A stretch of DNA of 58,095 nucleotides from an uncultured Alphaproteobacteria bacterium (GTDB lineage Bacteria > Pseudomonadota > Alphaproteobacteria > UBA11222). Shown in pieces: positions 39,016 through 47,819 of the stretch. The notes beneath the pieces were generated by a model. It ran no database searches, was not told where the DNA came from, and was given only the letters and a program-made list of their open reading frames with translations. How positions within the stretch are numbered: the stretch's first letter is position 1; every line of letters starts with the position of its first letter. A program made the position numbers and the translations under genes. The DNA is taken from NCBI GenBank assembly GCA_937888955.1, contig CALAQW010000177.1:1-58095 (forward strand), given 5' to 3'.

Positions 39016-40029
39016 ATGACGAACCGGCCAGCCGATAAAGACCCGCGCGACGGCAAAGAGGCGCAATTTGCCGGCATGCGCTGCGTTGCCTTGTGCGGCG
39101 GGGTCGGCGGGGCGAAGCTTGCGGTCGGGCTCGATGCGTTGCTTGTGCCCGAAAATCTGACGATCATCACCAATACCGGGGACGATTTCGTCCATCTGGG
39201 TTTGCATATCTCGCCCGATCTCGACACGGTGATGTACAGCCTTGCGGGGCTTGCCAATCCGGATACGGGCTGGGGCCGTGCGGGGGAAAGCTGGCGTTTC
39301 ATGTCGGCGCTCAGGGCGCTTGGCGGGGAGGACTGGTTCCAGCTTGGCGATCTTGATCTGGCGACCCATATCGAACGCAGCCGCCGGCTTGCGGCGGGGG
39401 AAAGCCTGTCTGCCGTGACGCGCGATCTTGGCGCGCGCCTCGGGGTTGCTCCCGCGCTCGTACCGATGAGCGATGCCCCGGTGCGCACGATTGTCGACAC
39501 CCCCGATGGGGCGCTTGCCTTCCAGCATTATTTCGTGCGCGATAAATGCGCGCCGGCGGTAACGGGCTTCCGGTTTGCAGGGGCGGAAACGGCGCAGCCC
39601 GCGCCCGGGGCGCTTGCCGCGCTCGGTGATCCCGCGCTTGATGCGATCATCATCTGCCCGTCCAACCCGTTTGTCAGTATCGACCCGATCCTCGCGGTGC
39701 CCGGGATGCGGGAGGCGATTGCGGCAGCGCCTGCGCCTGTGATCGCTGTTTCCCCGATCGTCGGCGGGCAGGCGATCAAGGGGCCGACGGCCAAGATGAT
39801 GCGCGAGCTTGGCGTGCCCGGTGACGCGCTCGCCATTGCCGATCATTATGCCGGTTTGCTTGACGGATTCGTTCTGGATGCAACCGATCAGCCGCTCGCC
39901 CGTCAGATCAGGGACAGGGAGCTTCAATGCCTTGTGAGCGATACGCTGATGACCGGCTATGAAGAAAAGCTGGCGCTTGCCCGCGCTGTGCTACAGTTTG
40001 TGCAACAGATGCAACAAAAAGCGACGTAA
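39016..40029 (+). CDS. cofD: 2-phospho-L-lactate transferase CofD/FbiA
   Basis: LCGGVGGAKL, NTGDDF..GLHISPDLDTV, WFQLGDLDLATH, PSNPFVSI and AIKGP motifs. Confidence 0.94.
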   Translation: MTNRPADKDPRDGKEAQFAGMRCVALCGGVGGAKLAVGLDALLVPENLTIITNTGDDFVHLGLHISPDLDTVMYSLAGLANPDTGWGRAGESWRFMSALRALGGEDWFQLGDLDLATHIERSRRLAAGESLSAVTRDLGARLGVAPALVPMSDAPVRTIVDTPDGALAFQHYFVRDKCAPAVTGFRFAGAETAQPAPGALAALGDPALDAIIICPSNPFVSIDPILAVPGMREAIAAAPAPVIAVSPIVGGQAIKGPTAKMMRELGVPGDALAIADHYAGLLDGFVLDATDQPLARQIRDRELQCLVSDTLMTGYEEKLALARAVLQFVQQMQQKAT

Positions 40030-40046
40030 AGCTACACATTGCGACA
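39990..40046. repeat. Phased GCNACA hexamer array
   Basis: GCTACA 39990, GCAACA 40002, GCAACA 40011, GCGACG 40021, GCTACA 40031, GCGACA 40041; the last four are exactly 10 bp apart. Confidence 0.65.
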
Positions 40047-40103
40047 GGGCTGTCCTATCGTCGCGCGATAACGACAACGAACCGGTTCGACAGGGAAGAG
40101 ATC

Positions 40104-40793
40104 ATGTGGGCGATCGTGCCCGTCAAGCGATTAGCTGAGGCGAAGCAACGCCTGTCCGCGCTGTTGAGCACGGAGCAGCGCGCAGCGCTCGGTCTTGCGA
40201 TGCTCGAAGATGTGCTGGCGGCGCTGTCCGGGGTGGCGGCGCTTGACGGTATCTTGCTGGTTTCCCCCGATCCGCGCGCGCACGCGCTGGGTCGCCGTTA
40301 CGGCGCGCGCATCCTGGCGGAAGCTGAAAATCATGGGCTTAATCCCGCCGTGCAACGCGCCGCCGCGCTGCTGCAAGCTGAAGGCGTTGCGCAAATCCTT
40401 GTTTTGCATGGGGATCTGCCGCTTGTGACCGAACAGGAAATCAGCCGGCTGATCGCAGCCCACAGGCTTACCCCCGCCCTCACCCCCGCCCTCACCATCG
40501 CGCCCGACGCGCAAGGGCGTGGCACCAATGCGATGATCTGTTCACCCCCCGATCTGGTTGATTTCCACTATGGTCCCGACAGCGTGCGCGCCCATTGCGC
40601 GGCGGCCGAACAGGCGGGCGTCGTACCGACGCTGCCGCGCGCTGAGGGGCTTGGTTTTGATATCGATGAAGTCGGCGATCTTCTGGCGCTGACCGCGCAT
40701 CCGGCGACGACCTGCACCCGCAAATGGCTGTCCGGGCAACCGCTGGCGGCGATGCAGGCAGCCTGCACCCAGGAAAAGGCGGGGGTCAGCTGA
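40104..40793 (+). CDS. cofC: Guanylyltransferase CofC/FbiD
   Basis: AIVPVK..AKQRLS, GDLP, GTNA, HYGPDS and FDIDEVGDL motifs. Confidence 0.92.
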   Translation: MWAIVPVKRLAEAKQRLSALLSTEQRAALGLAMLEDVLAALSGVAALDGILLVSPDPRAHALGRRYGARILAEAENHGLNPAVQRAAALLQAEGVAQILVLHGDLPLVTEQEISRLIAAHRLTPALTPALTIAPDAQGRGTNAMICSPPDLVDFHYGPDSVRAHCAAAEQAGVVPTLPRAEGLGFDIDEVGDLLALTAHPATTCTRKWLSGQPLAAMQAACTQEKAGVS

Positions 40794-43273
40794 TGCGCGC
40801 CGAGGCGATGATCGACGATATTCTGGCAGCGGCGCTGAATGGCGCGCGTCCGGAAGCGGGCGCTGCGCTCAGCCTTGCCGATGCCACTGATTTGCCCCGG
40901 CTGATGGCGGTGGCGGCTCAGCTACGTGATCGCGGGCACCGCAATCTTGTCAGCTATTCGCGCAAGGTGTTTATCCCGCTTACACATCTTTGCCGCGATG
41001 TCTGTCACTACTGTACTTTCGCCGAACCGCCGCGCAGGGGCGCGCCTGCCTTTCTGACGCCCGAACAGGTGCTTGCCATCGCGCGCCAGGGAGAGCGGGC
41101 AGGCTGTCGCGAGGCGCTGTTCACCCTCGGTGACAAGCCCGAGCTGCGGTATCGTGCGGCGCGCGAGGCGCTTGCCACGCTCGGATTTGACAGCACGCTT
41201 GGTTACTTGCAGGCGATGGCAAAGCTTGTCGCCGATGAGACGACGCTGTTGCCGCATCTCAATCCGGGCTTGATGTCGGCAGCGGATCTTGTGGCGCTGC
41301 GCCCGGTTGCGGCCTCGATGGGCATCATGCTTGAAAGTGCGGCGCCGCGGCTCTGCGACAAGGGCATGCCGCATTATGGTTCCCCCGACAAGGCCCCGGC
41401 GGTGCGGCTTGCCGCGATCGCGCGCGCGGGGGAGGCGGCGGTTCCCTTCACCAGCGGCATTCTGATCGGGATCGGCGAAACCCGCGCCGAACGGGTCGCA
41501 TCGCTTCTTGCTTTGCGTGATCTGCATGATGCGCATGGGCATTTGCAGGAAGTCATCATACAGAATTTCCGCGCCAAGCCGGGCACGAAAATGGCGCATG
41601 CGCCCGAACCCGATCTTGAGGAATTGCTGTGGACGATTGCGGTAGCGCGTATTCTGTTCGGCGCGGCGATGAATATTCAGGCGCCCCCCAATCTCAGCCC
41701 CGGTGTTCTGCCCAAAATCATCGATGCGGGCATCAATGACTGGGGCGGGGTGTCGCCGGTCACCCCCGATTTCGTCAATCCCGAAGCGCCCTGGCCGCAT
41801 CTTGAGGATCTGGCGCGCGAGACCGCGGCGGCCGGCAAGCTGCTGGTCGAGCGGTTGACGGTTTATCCCGCTTTTGCCCGTGCGCACGCGCGCTGGATCG
41901 ATCCTGCCATGCGGCCCGGCTTGCTGCGCGCGATGGATAGCGAAGGGTTTGCGCGCGCCGAAAGCTGGTCGCCGGGGGCGGAGACGCCGCCGCCCGCCGC
42001 TATCCTTGCGCAATCGCGCGCGCGCGATGCGGCGCCCGTATCCGATGCGCTGAATGCTGTTCTTGCGCGCGCCGCGCAGGGGGCGGATCTGAGCGAAGCC
42101 GAAATTGTCCGGCTGTTTCAGGCGCGCGGCGCGGAATTTTCCGCCGTCTGCGCGGCGGCGGACCGGCTGCGCGCGCGGATGTGCGGCGACACGGTCAGCT
42201 ATGTGGTCAACCGCAACATCAATTATACCAATGTCTGCTATTTCAAATGCCAGTTCTGCGCCTTTTCCAAAGGCAAGCTGAGCGAGAATCTGCGCGGCAA
42301 GCCCTATGATCTGGGACTTGGAGAGATTGTTCGCCGGGCCGAGGAAGCCTGGGCGCGCGGCGCGAGCGAGGTTTGCATGCAGGGGGGCATTCACCCCGAT
42401 TACACAGGTCAGACCTATCTCGATATCTGTCGCGCGGTAAAGGCGGCACTGCCTGACATGCATATTCACGCCTTTTCCCCGCTTGAAATCTGGCAGGGGG
42501 CAGCGACGCTTGAGCTGTCGCTTGAGGCGTTCCTGTCGGCGCTGAAAGAGGCGGGGCTTGGCACCTTGCCCGGGACCGCCGCTGAAACGCTCGACGATGA
42601 GGTGCGCGCGGTGCTTTGTCCCGACAAGCTGAAAAGCGATGAATGGCTGGCGGTGATGGCGGCCGCCCACAAGGTCGGTTTCAAGACGACCGCGACGATC
42701 ATGTACGGGCATGTGGAAGGCCCCGAACATTGGGCGCGGCATCTGCGCAAGATTCGCGATCTGCAAAAACAGACCGGTGGCTTTACCGAATTCGTGCCGT
42801 TGCCCTTTGTGCATATGGAGGCGCCGATTTATCTCAAGGGCCAGGCGCGGCAGGGCCCGACATTCCGCGAGGCGGTGCTGATGCATGCGGTGGCGCGGCT
42901 CGTGCTGCATCCGCATATCCCCAATATTCAGACAAGCTGGGTCAAGATGGGCCGTGAAGGTGTGCTGGCCTGCCTTGATGCCGGGGTGAACGATCTGGGC
43001 GGCACGTTGATGAACGAAACGATCACCCGCGCGGCGGGTGCCACCCATGGTCAGGAAATGCCCCCCGAGGCAATGGAAGCGCTGATCCGCGCGGCTGGCC
43101 GCACCCCGCGCCAGCGTCGCACCGATTACGGCGAGATTGCGCCGTCGCGGGTCGCCGCATCCTTTGCGGCAGCGCCGTTGAGCCCCGTCGTCAACGAGGC
43201 GGCAGGCAAGTTTGCCCGTCCGGGCGCGCGGCCGGAAAAACCTGTCCCTGCCGATCTTGGCGAGGCGAATTGA
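40793..43273 (+). CDS. fbiC: Bifunctional FO synthase (CofG-CofH fusion)
   Basis: Two radical-SAM motifs, CRDVCHYC and CYFKCQFC; YSRKVFIPLT, NDWGGVSP and NDLGGTLMNETITRAAGA; TGATG overlap with cofC. Confidence 0.94.
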   Translation: MRAEAMIDDILAAALNGARPEAGAALSLADATDLPRLMAVAAQLRDRGHRNLVSYSRKVFIPLTHLCRDVCHYCTFAEPPRRGAPAFLTPEQVLAIARQGERAGCREALFTLGDKPELRYRAAREALATLGFDSTLGYLQAMAKLVADETTLLPHLNPGLMSAADLVALRPVAASMGIMLESAAPRLCDKGMPHYGSPDKAPAVRLAAIARAGEAAVPFTSGILIGIGETRAERVASLLALRDLHDAHGHLQEVIIQNFRAKPGTKMAHAPEPDLEELLWTIAVARILFGAAMNIQAPPNLSPGVLPKIIDAGINDWGGVSPVTPDFVNPEAPWPHLEDLARETAAAGKLLVERLTVYPAFARAHARWIDPAMRPGLLRAMDSEGFARAESWSPGAETPPPAAILAQSRARDAAPVSDALNAVLARAAQGADLSEAEIVRLFQARGAEFSAVCAAADRLRARMCGDTVSYVVNRNINYTNVCYFKCQFCAFSKGKLSENLRGKPYDLGLGEIVRRAEEAWARGASEVCMQGGIHPDYTGQTYLDICRAVKAALPDMHIHAFSPLEIWQGAATLELSLEAFLSALKEAGLGTLPGTAAETLDDEVRAVLCPDKLKSDEWLAVMAAAHKVGFKTTATIMYGHVEGPEHWARHLRKIRDLQKQTGGFTEFVPLPFVHMEAPIYLKGQARQGPTFREAVLMHAVARLVLHPHIPNIQTSWVKMGREGVLACLDAGVNDLGGTLMNETITRAAGATHGQEMPPEAMEALIRAAGRTPRQRRTDYGEIAPSRVAASFAAAPLSPVVNEAAGKFARPGARPEKPVPADLGEAN

Positions 43274-43382
43274 CGCGGTTTGCGCATTATTGTCAGTAAA
43301 CAGGAAATCCACGGTTTACGCTGGCCTCGGGCATCGCTTATATAGTCAGAAAATTGATGCGGGACGATTGGAGTATAGAGGC

Positions 43383-43523
43383 ATGGCCGATACCGAATAT
43401 CAGCGTGGTTCGATGGATATCAGCGAACATCGCGAAATGTGGGAAATCTTCATCTCGATTACGAAATGGTCCTCGGCCGGAATTATTCTGGTACTTGCCC
43501 TGATGGCGATTTTTTTGACCTGA
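43383..43523 (+). CDS. aa3-type cytochrome c oxidase subunit IV (46 aa)
   Basis: GSMDISEHREMWEIF plus one TM helix; RBS AGAGG; located just before pntAA. Confidence 0.8.
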   Translation: MADTEYQRGSMDISEHREMWEIFISITKWSSAGIILVLALMAIFLT

Positions 43524-43587
43524 TCTTGTCGCGCGCGGCCGAGCTGGTGCGTATTTCCTGCCGATTAACTGCCGAAACTCACAGAAT

Positions 43588-44724
43588 ATGAAGCTTGCCA
43601 TACCGTGCGAGCGGCACACCGATGAAACCCGTGTCGCCGCAAGTCCCGAGACCGTGAAGAAGCTTGTCGGCCTTGGCCTTGACGTCGTCGTCGAAACAGG
43701 CGCGGGGGCGGGGGCCAGTATCGCCGATGCGGATTTCGAGGCAGCCGGCGCATCGATCGCGCCTGATGCCGTCGCTGCGGTGACGGATGCGGATATCGTC
43801 TTCTGTGTACAACGGCCAACGGCGGATGCGGTGGCGGCAATGAAGCGCGGTGCCAATCTCATCGGCATGCTTGCGCCATTCCGCGATCAGGATGTGTTGC
43901 AGGACTATGCCGAGCGGGGGCTGGCGGCTTTCGCCATGGAATTCATGCCGCGTATTACCCGCGCGCAATCGATGGATGTGCTGTCCTCGCAGGCCAATCT
44001 GGCGGGTTATCGCGCGGTGATCGAGGCGTGCCAGCTGTTTGGCCGTGCCATGCCGATGATGATGACCGCTGCGGGCACCATCGCGCCGGGCCGGGTCCTG
44101 GTGATGGGTGCCGGTGTCGCCGGTTTGCAGGCGATTGCCACGGCCCGCCGGCTTGGCGCTATTGTCAGCGCGACCGATGTGCGGCCCGCCGCCAAGGAAC
44201 AGGTGGAAAGCCTTGGTGGGAATTTCGTGATGGTCGAATCGGAAGAAACCGCCGCGGCGGAAACCGCAGGCGGCTATGCGCGCGAGATGAGCGAAGAGTA
44301 TCAGCGCGCCCAGGCGGCGCTGATCGCCGAAACCCTGAAGAAGCAGGATATCGCGATCTGTACCGCATTGATTCCCGGACGGCCCGCCCCTGTGCTGATT
44401 ACCGAAGAGATGGTAAAATCGATGAAGCCCGGGTCGGTGATCGTCGATCTCGCCGTTGAGCAGGGGGGCAATTGTCCGCTCAGCAAGCCCGGCGAATGCG
44501 TGGAAGCGCATGGTGTGCGGATCATCGGCTATCGGAATATGCCCGGGCGCCTGCCGGTGGATGCGTCTGCGCTTTATGCGAAGAATTTGCTCAATTTCCT
44601 CAAGCCATTGATCGCCGAAAGCGGTGCGCTGGAGATTGACTGGGAAGATGAAATCATTCTTGGCACGTTATTGACGCGCAACGGGGCGGTGGTTCACCCG
44701 GCCCTTATGGCAACGGCGGAATGA
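43588..44724 (+). CDS. pntAA: NAD(P) transhydrogenase alpha subunit part 1
   Basis: [27 protein letters not shown] and [10 protein letters not shown] motifs. Confidence 0.95.
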   Translation: MKLAIPCERHTDETRVAASPETVKKLVGLGLDVVVETGAGAGASIADADFEAAGASIAPDAVAAVTDADIVFCVQRPTADAVAAMKRGANLIGMLAPFRDQDVLQDYAERGLAAFAMEFMPRITRAQSMDVLSSQANLAGYRAVIEACQLFGRAMPMMMTAAGTIAPGRVLVMGAGVAGLQAIATARRLGAIVSATDVRPAAKEQVESLGGNFVMVESEETAAAETAGGYAREMSEEYQRAQAALIAETLKKQDIAICTALIPGRPAPVLITEEMVKSMKPGSVIVDLAVEQGGNCPLSKPGECVEAHGVRIIGYRNMPGRLPVDASALYAKNLLNFLKPLIAESGALEIDWEDEIILGTLLTRNGAVVHPALMATAE

Positions 44725-44737
44725 GCGGATAACGCAT

Positions 44738-45049
44738 ATGGAAATTGATCCCTTTATCTTTCGCTTGGCGATTTTCGCATTGGCGATTTTCGTTGGCTAT
44801 TATGTGGTGTGGAGCGTGACCCCTGCCCTGCATACGCCGTTGATGGCGGTGACCAATGCGATTTCCTCGGTGATCGTGGTGGGGGCGCTTCTGGCGGTGG
44901 GGGCGGAAGCCGCTGCCGACATGTCGGAGGCCGGCATGATCGCCAAGGGTCTTGGCTTTGTTGCGCTGATCCTCGCCTCGGTGAATATCTTTGGCGGCTT
45001 CCTGGTTACCCAGCGCATGCTTGCCATGTACAAAAAGAAACAAAAGTAA
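44738..45049 (+). CDS. pntAB: NAD(P) transhydrogenase alpha subunit part 2
   Basis: [17 protein letters not shown] and [13 protein letters not shown] motifs. Confidence 0.95.
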   Translation: MEIDPFIFRLAIFALAIFVGYYVVWSVTPALHTPLMAVTNAISSVIVVGALLAVGAEAAADMSEAGMIAKGLGFVALILASVNIFGGFLVTQRMLAMYKKKQK

Positions 45050-45052
45050 GGG

Positions 45053-46456
45053 ATGCATGTGAGCGCTAATCTTGCCGCCCTGGCCTATCTGGCCGCTGGT
45101 ATCCTGTTCATTCTGGCGTTGCGCGGGCTGTCATCGCCTGAAACCTCGCGCCGGGGCAATATCTTTGGCATGGTCGGCATGGGAATTGCCGTACTGACGA
45201 CCCTGGCTGTGTCGGGGGTGAAAGATCCGCTGACCTGGGGGCTGATCGTCGGTGGCGTTGTCATCGGTGGCGGGATCGGTGCGGTAATCGCCAACCGCAT
45301 CGCAATGACTGCGATGCCGCAGCTTGTCGCTGCTTTTCACAGCCTTGTTGGCATGGCCGCGGTGCTGGTCGCGGGGTCCGCCCTCTATACGCCGCAGGCT
45401 TACGGGATCGGCATGCCCGGCGCGATCAAGATCGCCAGCCTGATTGAAATGTCGCTTGGGGCGGCGATCGGCGCGGTCACTTTTTCAGGATCGGTGATCG
45501 CCTTCGCCAAATTGCAGGGGCTGGTATCGGGGGCGCCGGTTGTCTTCAAGGGGCAGCATCCGCTCAATGCCTTGCTTGGCATTTTGCTGCTTGTGCTTAT
45601 CGTGCTGTTCTGCCAGTCGGAATCGCATGCCATGTTCTGGGGGCTGACGCTGCTTGCCTTCATCATCGGGGTGACGCTGATCATTCCGATCGGCGGCGCG
45701 GATATGCCGGTGGTCGTGTCGATGCTCAACTCCTATTCGGGCTGGGCAGCGGCGGGGATCGGATTCACGCTTGAGAATACCGCGCTGATCATTACCGGTG
45801 CGCTGGTCGGGTCGTCCGGTGCGATCCTGTCCTATATCATGTGCAAGGGCATGAACCGCTCTTTCTTTAATGTCATTCTGGGCGGCTTTGGCGCGGACGA
45901 TGCCGCGGCTGCCGGCGGCGTGGTCGAGACCCGACCGGTCAAGCAGGGCAGCGCCGAGGATGCGGCCTTTATCATGCGTAATGCGGGTTCGGTCATCATC
46001 GTCCCGGGCTACGGCATGGCGGTTGCCCAGGCGCAACATGCGCTGCGTGAGATGGTGGACCTGCTCAAGGAGGAAGGCGTCAAGATTTCTTACGCCATCC
46101 ATCCTGTGGCAGGGCGCATGCCTGGTCATATGAATGTGCTGCTGGCCGAAGCCAATGTTCCTTATGACGAGGTGTTCGAGCTTGAGGATATCAACAGCCA
46201 GTTCCCCACCGCCGATGTCGCCTTCGTCATCGGCGCGAATGACGTGACCAACCCTGCGGCCAAGACCGACAAGGCGAGCCCGATCTACGGCATGCCGATC
46301 CTTGATGTGGAAAAGGCGCAGACCGTGCTGTTCGTGAAACGCGGCATGGGCTCGGGCTATGCCGGGGTCGAGAATGAGCTGTTCTTCCGCGACAATACGA
46401 TGATGCTGTTCGCGGATGCCAAGAAAATGGTCGAAGATATCGTCAAGGCATTCTGA
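45053..46456 (+). CDS. pntB: NAD(P) transhydrogenase beta subunit
   Basis: MPQLVAAFHS, GGADMPVVVSMLNSYSG and HPVAGRMPGHMNVLLAE. Start is 45053 (ATG) or 45059 (GTG). Confidence 0.97.
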   Translation: MHVSANLAALAYLAAGILFILALRGLSSPETSRRGNIFGMVGMGIAVLTTLAVSGVKDPLTWGLIVGGVVIGGGIGAVIANRIAMTAMPQLVAAFHSLVGMAAVLVAGSALYTPQAYGIGMPGAIKIASLIEMSLGAAIGAVTFSGSVIAFAKLQGLVSGAPVVFKGQHPLNALLGILLLVLIVLFCQSESHAMFWGLTLLAFIIGVTLIIPIGGADMPVVVSMLNSYSGWAAAGIGFTLENTALIITGALVGSSGAILSYIMCKGMNRSFFNVILGGFGADDAAAAGGVVETRPVKQGSAEDAAFIMRNAGSVIIVPGYGMAVAQAQHALREMVDLLKEEGVKISYAIHPVAGRMPGHMNVLLAEANVPYDEVFELEDINSQFPTADVAFVIGANDVTNPAAKTDKASPIYGMPILDVEKAQTVLFVKRGMGSGYAGVENELFFRDNTMMLFADAKKMVEDIVKAF

Positions 46457-46501
46457 ACGGCGGCGCTTTATTTATCGCGCGCCGCGCGCCATATTAACGT
46501 C

Positions 46502-47065
46502 ATGACGATACGCAAGATCGCGAAGATGGGGCATCCCGTGCTGCGCCGCGCCGCGCGCCCGGTGAGCGACCCCACTGATCCGGAAATCCAGCGGCTGATC
46601 GCCGACATGGTGGAAACCATGATGGACGCGAATGGCGCGGGGCTTGCCGCGCCGCAGGTGCATGAGGGGGTGCGGATCGTGATTTTCCATGCCCCGGCGG
46701 ATGCCGACCCTGGTGCAGCACCTGAGGCGCGCGCCCCGCTCACGGTGCTGATCAACCCCGAAATCGACATTCTCGGTGATGAGATGGAAGAGGGCTGGGA
46801 AGGCTGTCTGTCGGTGCCGGGGCTGCGCGGGCTGGTGCCGCGCTATACGCATTTGCGCTACTCTGGGCTTGATCAGGACGGTGTGCCGTTTGCGCGTGAG
46901 GCGCGCGGATTTCATGCCCGTGTCGTGCAGCATGAATGCGACCATCTGGACGGGATGCTTTACCCGCAGCGGATGCGCGATCTTGGCAATCTGGTTTTTG
47001 AGAGCGAATTGCCGCGCCTGATGGCGGCGGCGCGGGACGATCATCTGCGGGAGCGGAGCGAATGA
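46502..47065 (+). CDS. def: Peptide deformylase
   Basis: [13 protein letters not shown] and QHECDHLDG motifs. Confidence 0.96.
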   Translation: MTIRKIAKMGHPVLRRAARPVSDPTDPEIQRLIADMVETMMDANGAGLAAPQVHEGVRIVIFHAPADADPGAAPEARAPLTVLINPEIDILGDEMEEGWEGCLSVPGLRGLVPRYTHLRYSGLDQDGVPFAREARGFHARVVQHECDHLDGMLYPQRMRDLGNLVFESELPRLMAAARDDHLRERSE

Positions 47066-47790
47066 GCGACGGCCCGCAGGAAGGCGCAGCGCCGGTCGGG
47101 GCCATGGCGCGCGACCGGGCTGCGCTGCTTGCCGCTGCCTTGCCGCATGCCGCCTTTGATGGCTGGCCGATTGCCTTCGAGCAGGCGATTGCTGATTGTG
47201 CGTTCGATGCCGGGCATGCGGAGCTTGTTTTCCCGAACGGGGCCGCGGATCTCGTTGGCTATTTCTGGCAAAGCATGGATGGGGCACTTGCGGACCGTCT
47301 TGCCGCCTGTCTGCGCGACGGGATGGGGATATCCGAACGGGTCGGGATCGCCTTGCGTGAATATATCGCGCTGCTTGCCCCGCATCGCGAGGCGGTGCGT
47401 CGCGCCATGGCCTTTCAGGCGCTGCCGCATAATGCTGCGGGCGCGGCGCGGGCGCTTTACGGGACGGTGGATACGATCTGGCGCGCGGTCGGCGACACAT
47501 CGACCGATTTCAATTTCTATACCAAGCGGTTGACCTTGGCTGCTGTGGTCGCGGCGACCCTTACCCATTGGCTGGCGCAGCAGCCGACAGGCGATGATGC
47601 GGCCGATGCGGCGGCGATCGGCGCGTTCATCGACCGCCGGCTTGTCGATGTGCTGCGTGTGGAAAAGCTCAAGGCGCAGGCGCGGGGGCTTGCCGCGCGA
47701 TTGCCTGATCCGCTACGCCTGCTCGGTCAAATCGGCGGCTTGCGCGGAGGATTTGCCGGGCCGGGGCCGGGGCGGGGGCGTCCGGGTTAG
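47062..47790 (+). CDS. coq9: COQ9 family ubiquinone biosynthesis protein
   Basis: [31 protein letters not shown] and FIDRRL motifs. Confidence 0.88.
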   Translation: MSDGPQEGAAPVGAMARDRAALLAAALPHAAFDGWPIAFEQAIADCAFDAGHAELVFPNGAADLVGYFWQSMDGALADRLAACLRDGMGISERVGIALREYIALLAPHREAVRRAMAFQALPHNAAGAARALYGTVDTIWRAVGDTSTDFNFYTKRLTLAAVVAATLTHWLAQQPTGDDAADAAAIGAFIDRRLVDVLRVEKLKAQARGLAARLPDPLRLLGQIGGLRGGFAGPGPGRGRPG

Positions 47791-47819
47791 CCCTGCCGAT
47801 GCGCGCGTTTGGTTCTTCT

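Noticed and set aside
38178-39927. Long minus-strand ORFs opposite cofE and cofD
   Set aside because: They fully overlap confidently assigned plus-strand genes.
39990-40046. Repeat array as a possible CRISPR or iteron
   Set aside because: Units are only 6 bp at 10-bp period, and there are no cas or rep genes.
40922-43312. 796-aa minus-strand ORF opposite fbiC
   Set aside because: Shadow ORF; Arg/Gly/His-rich and without family motifs.
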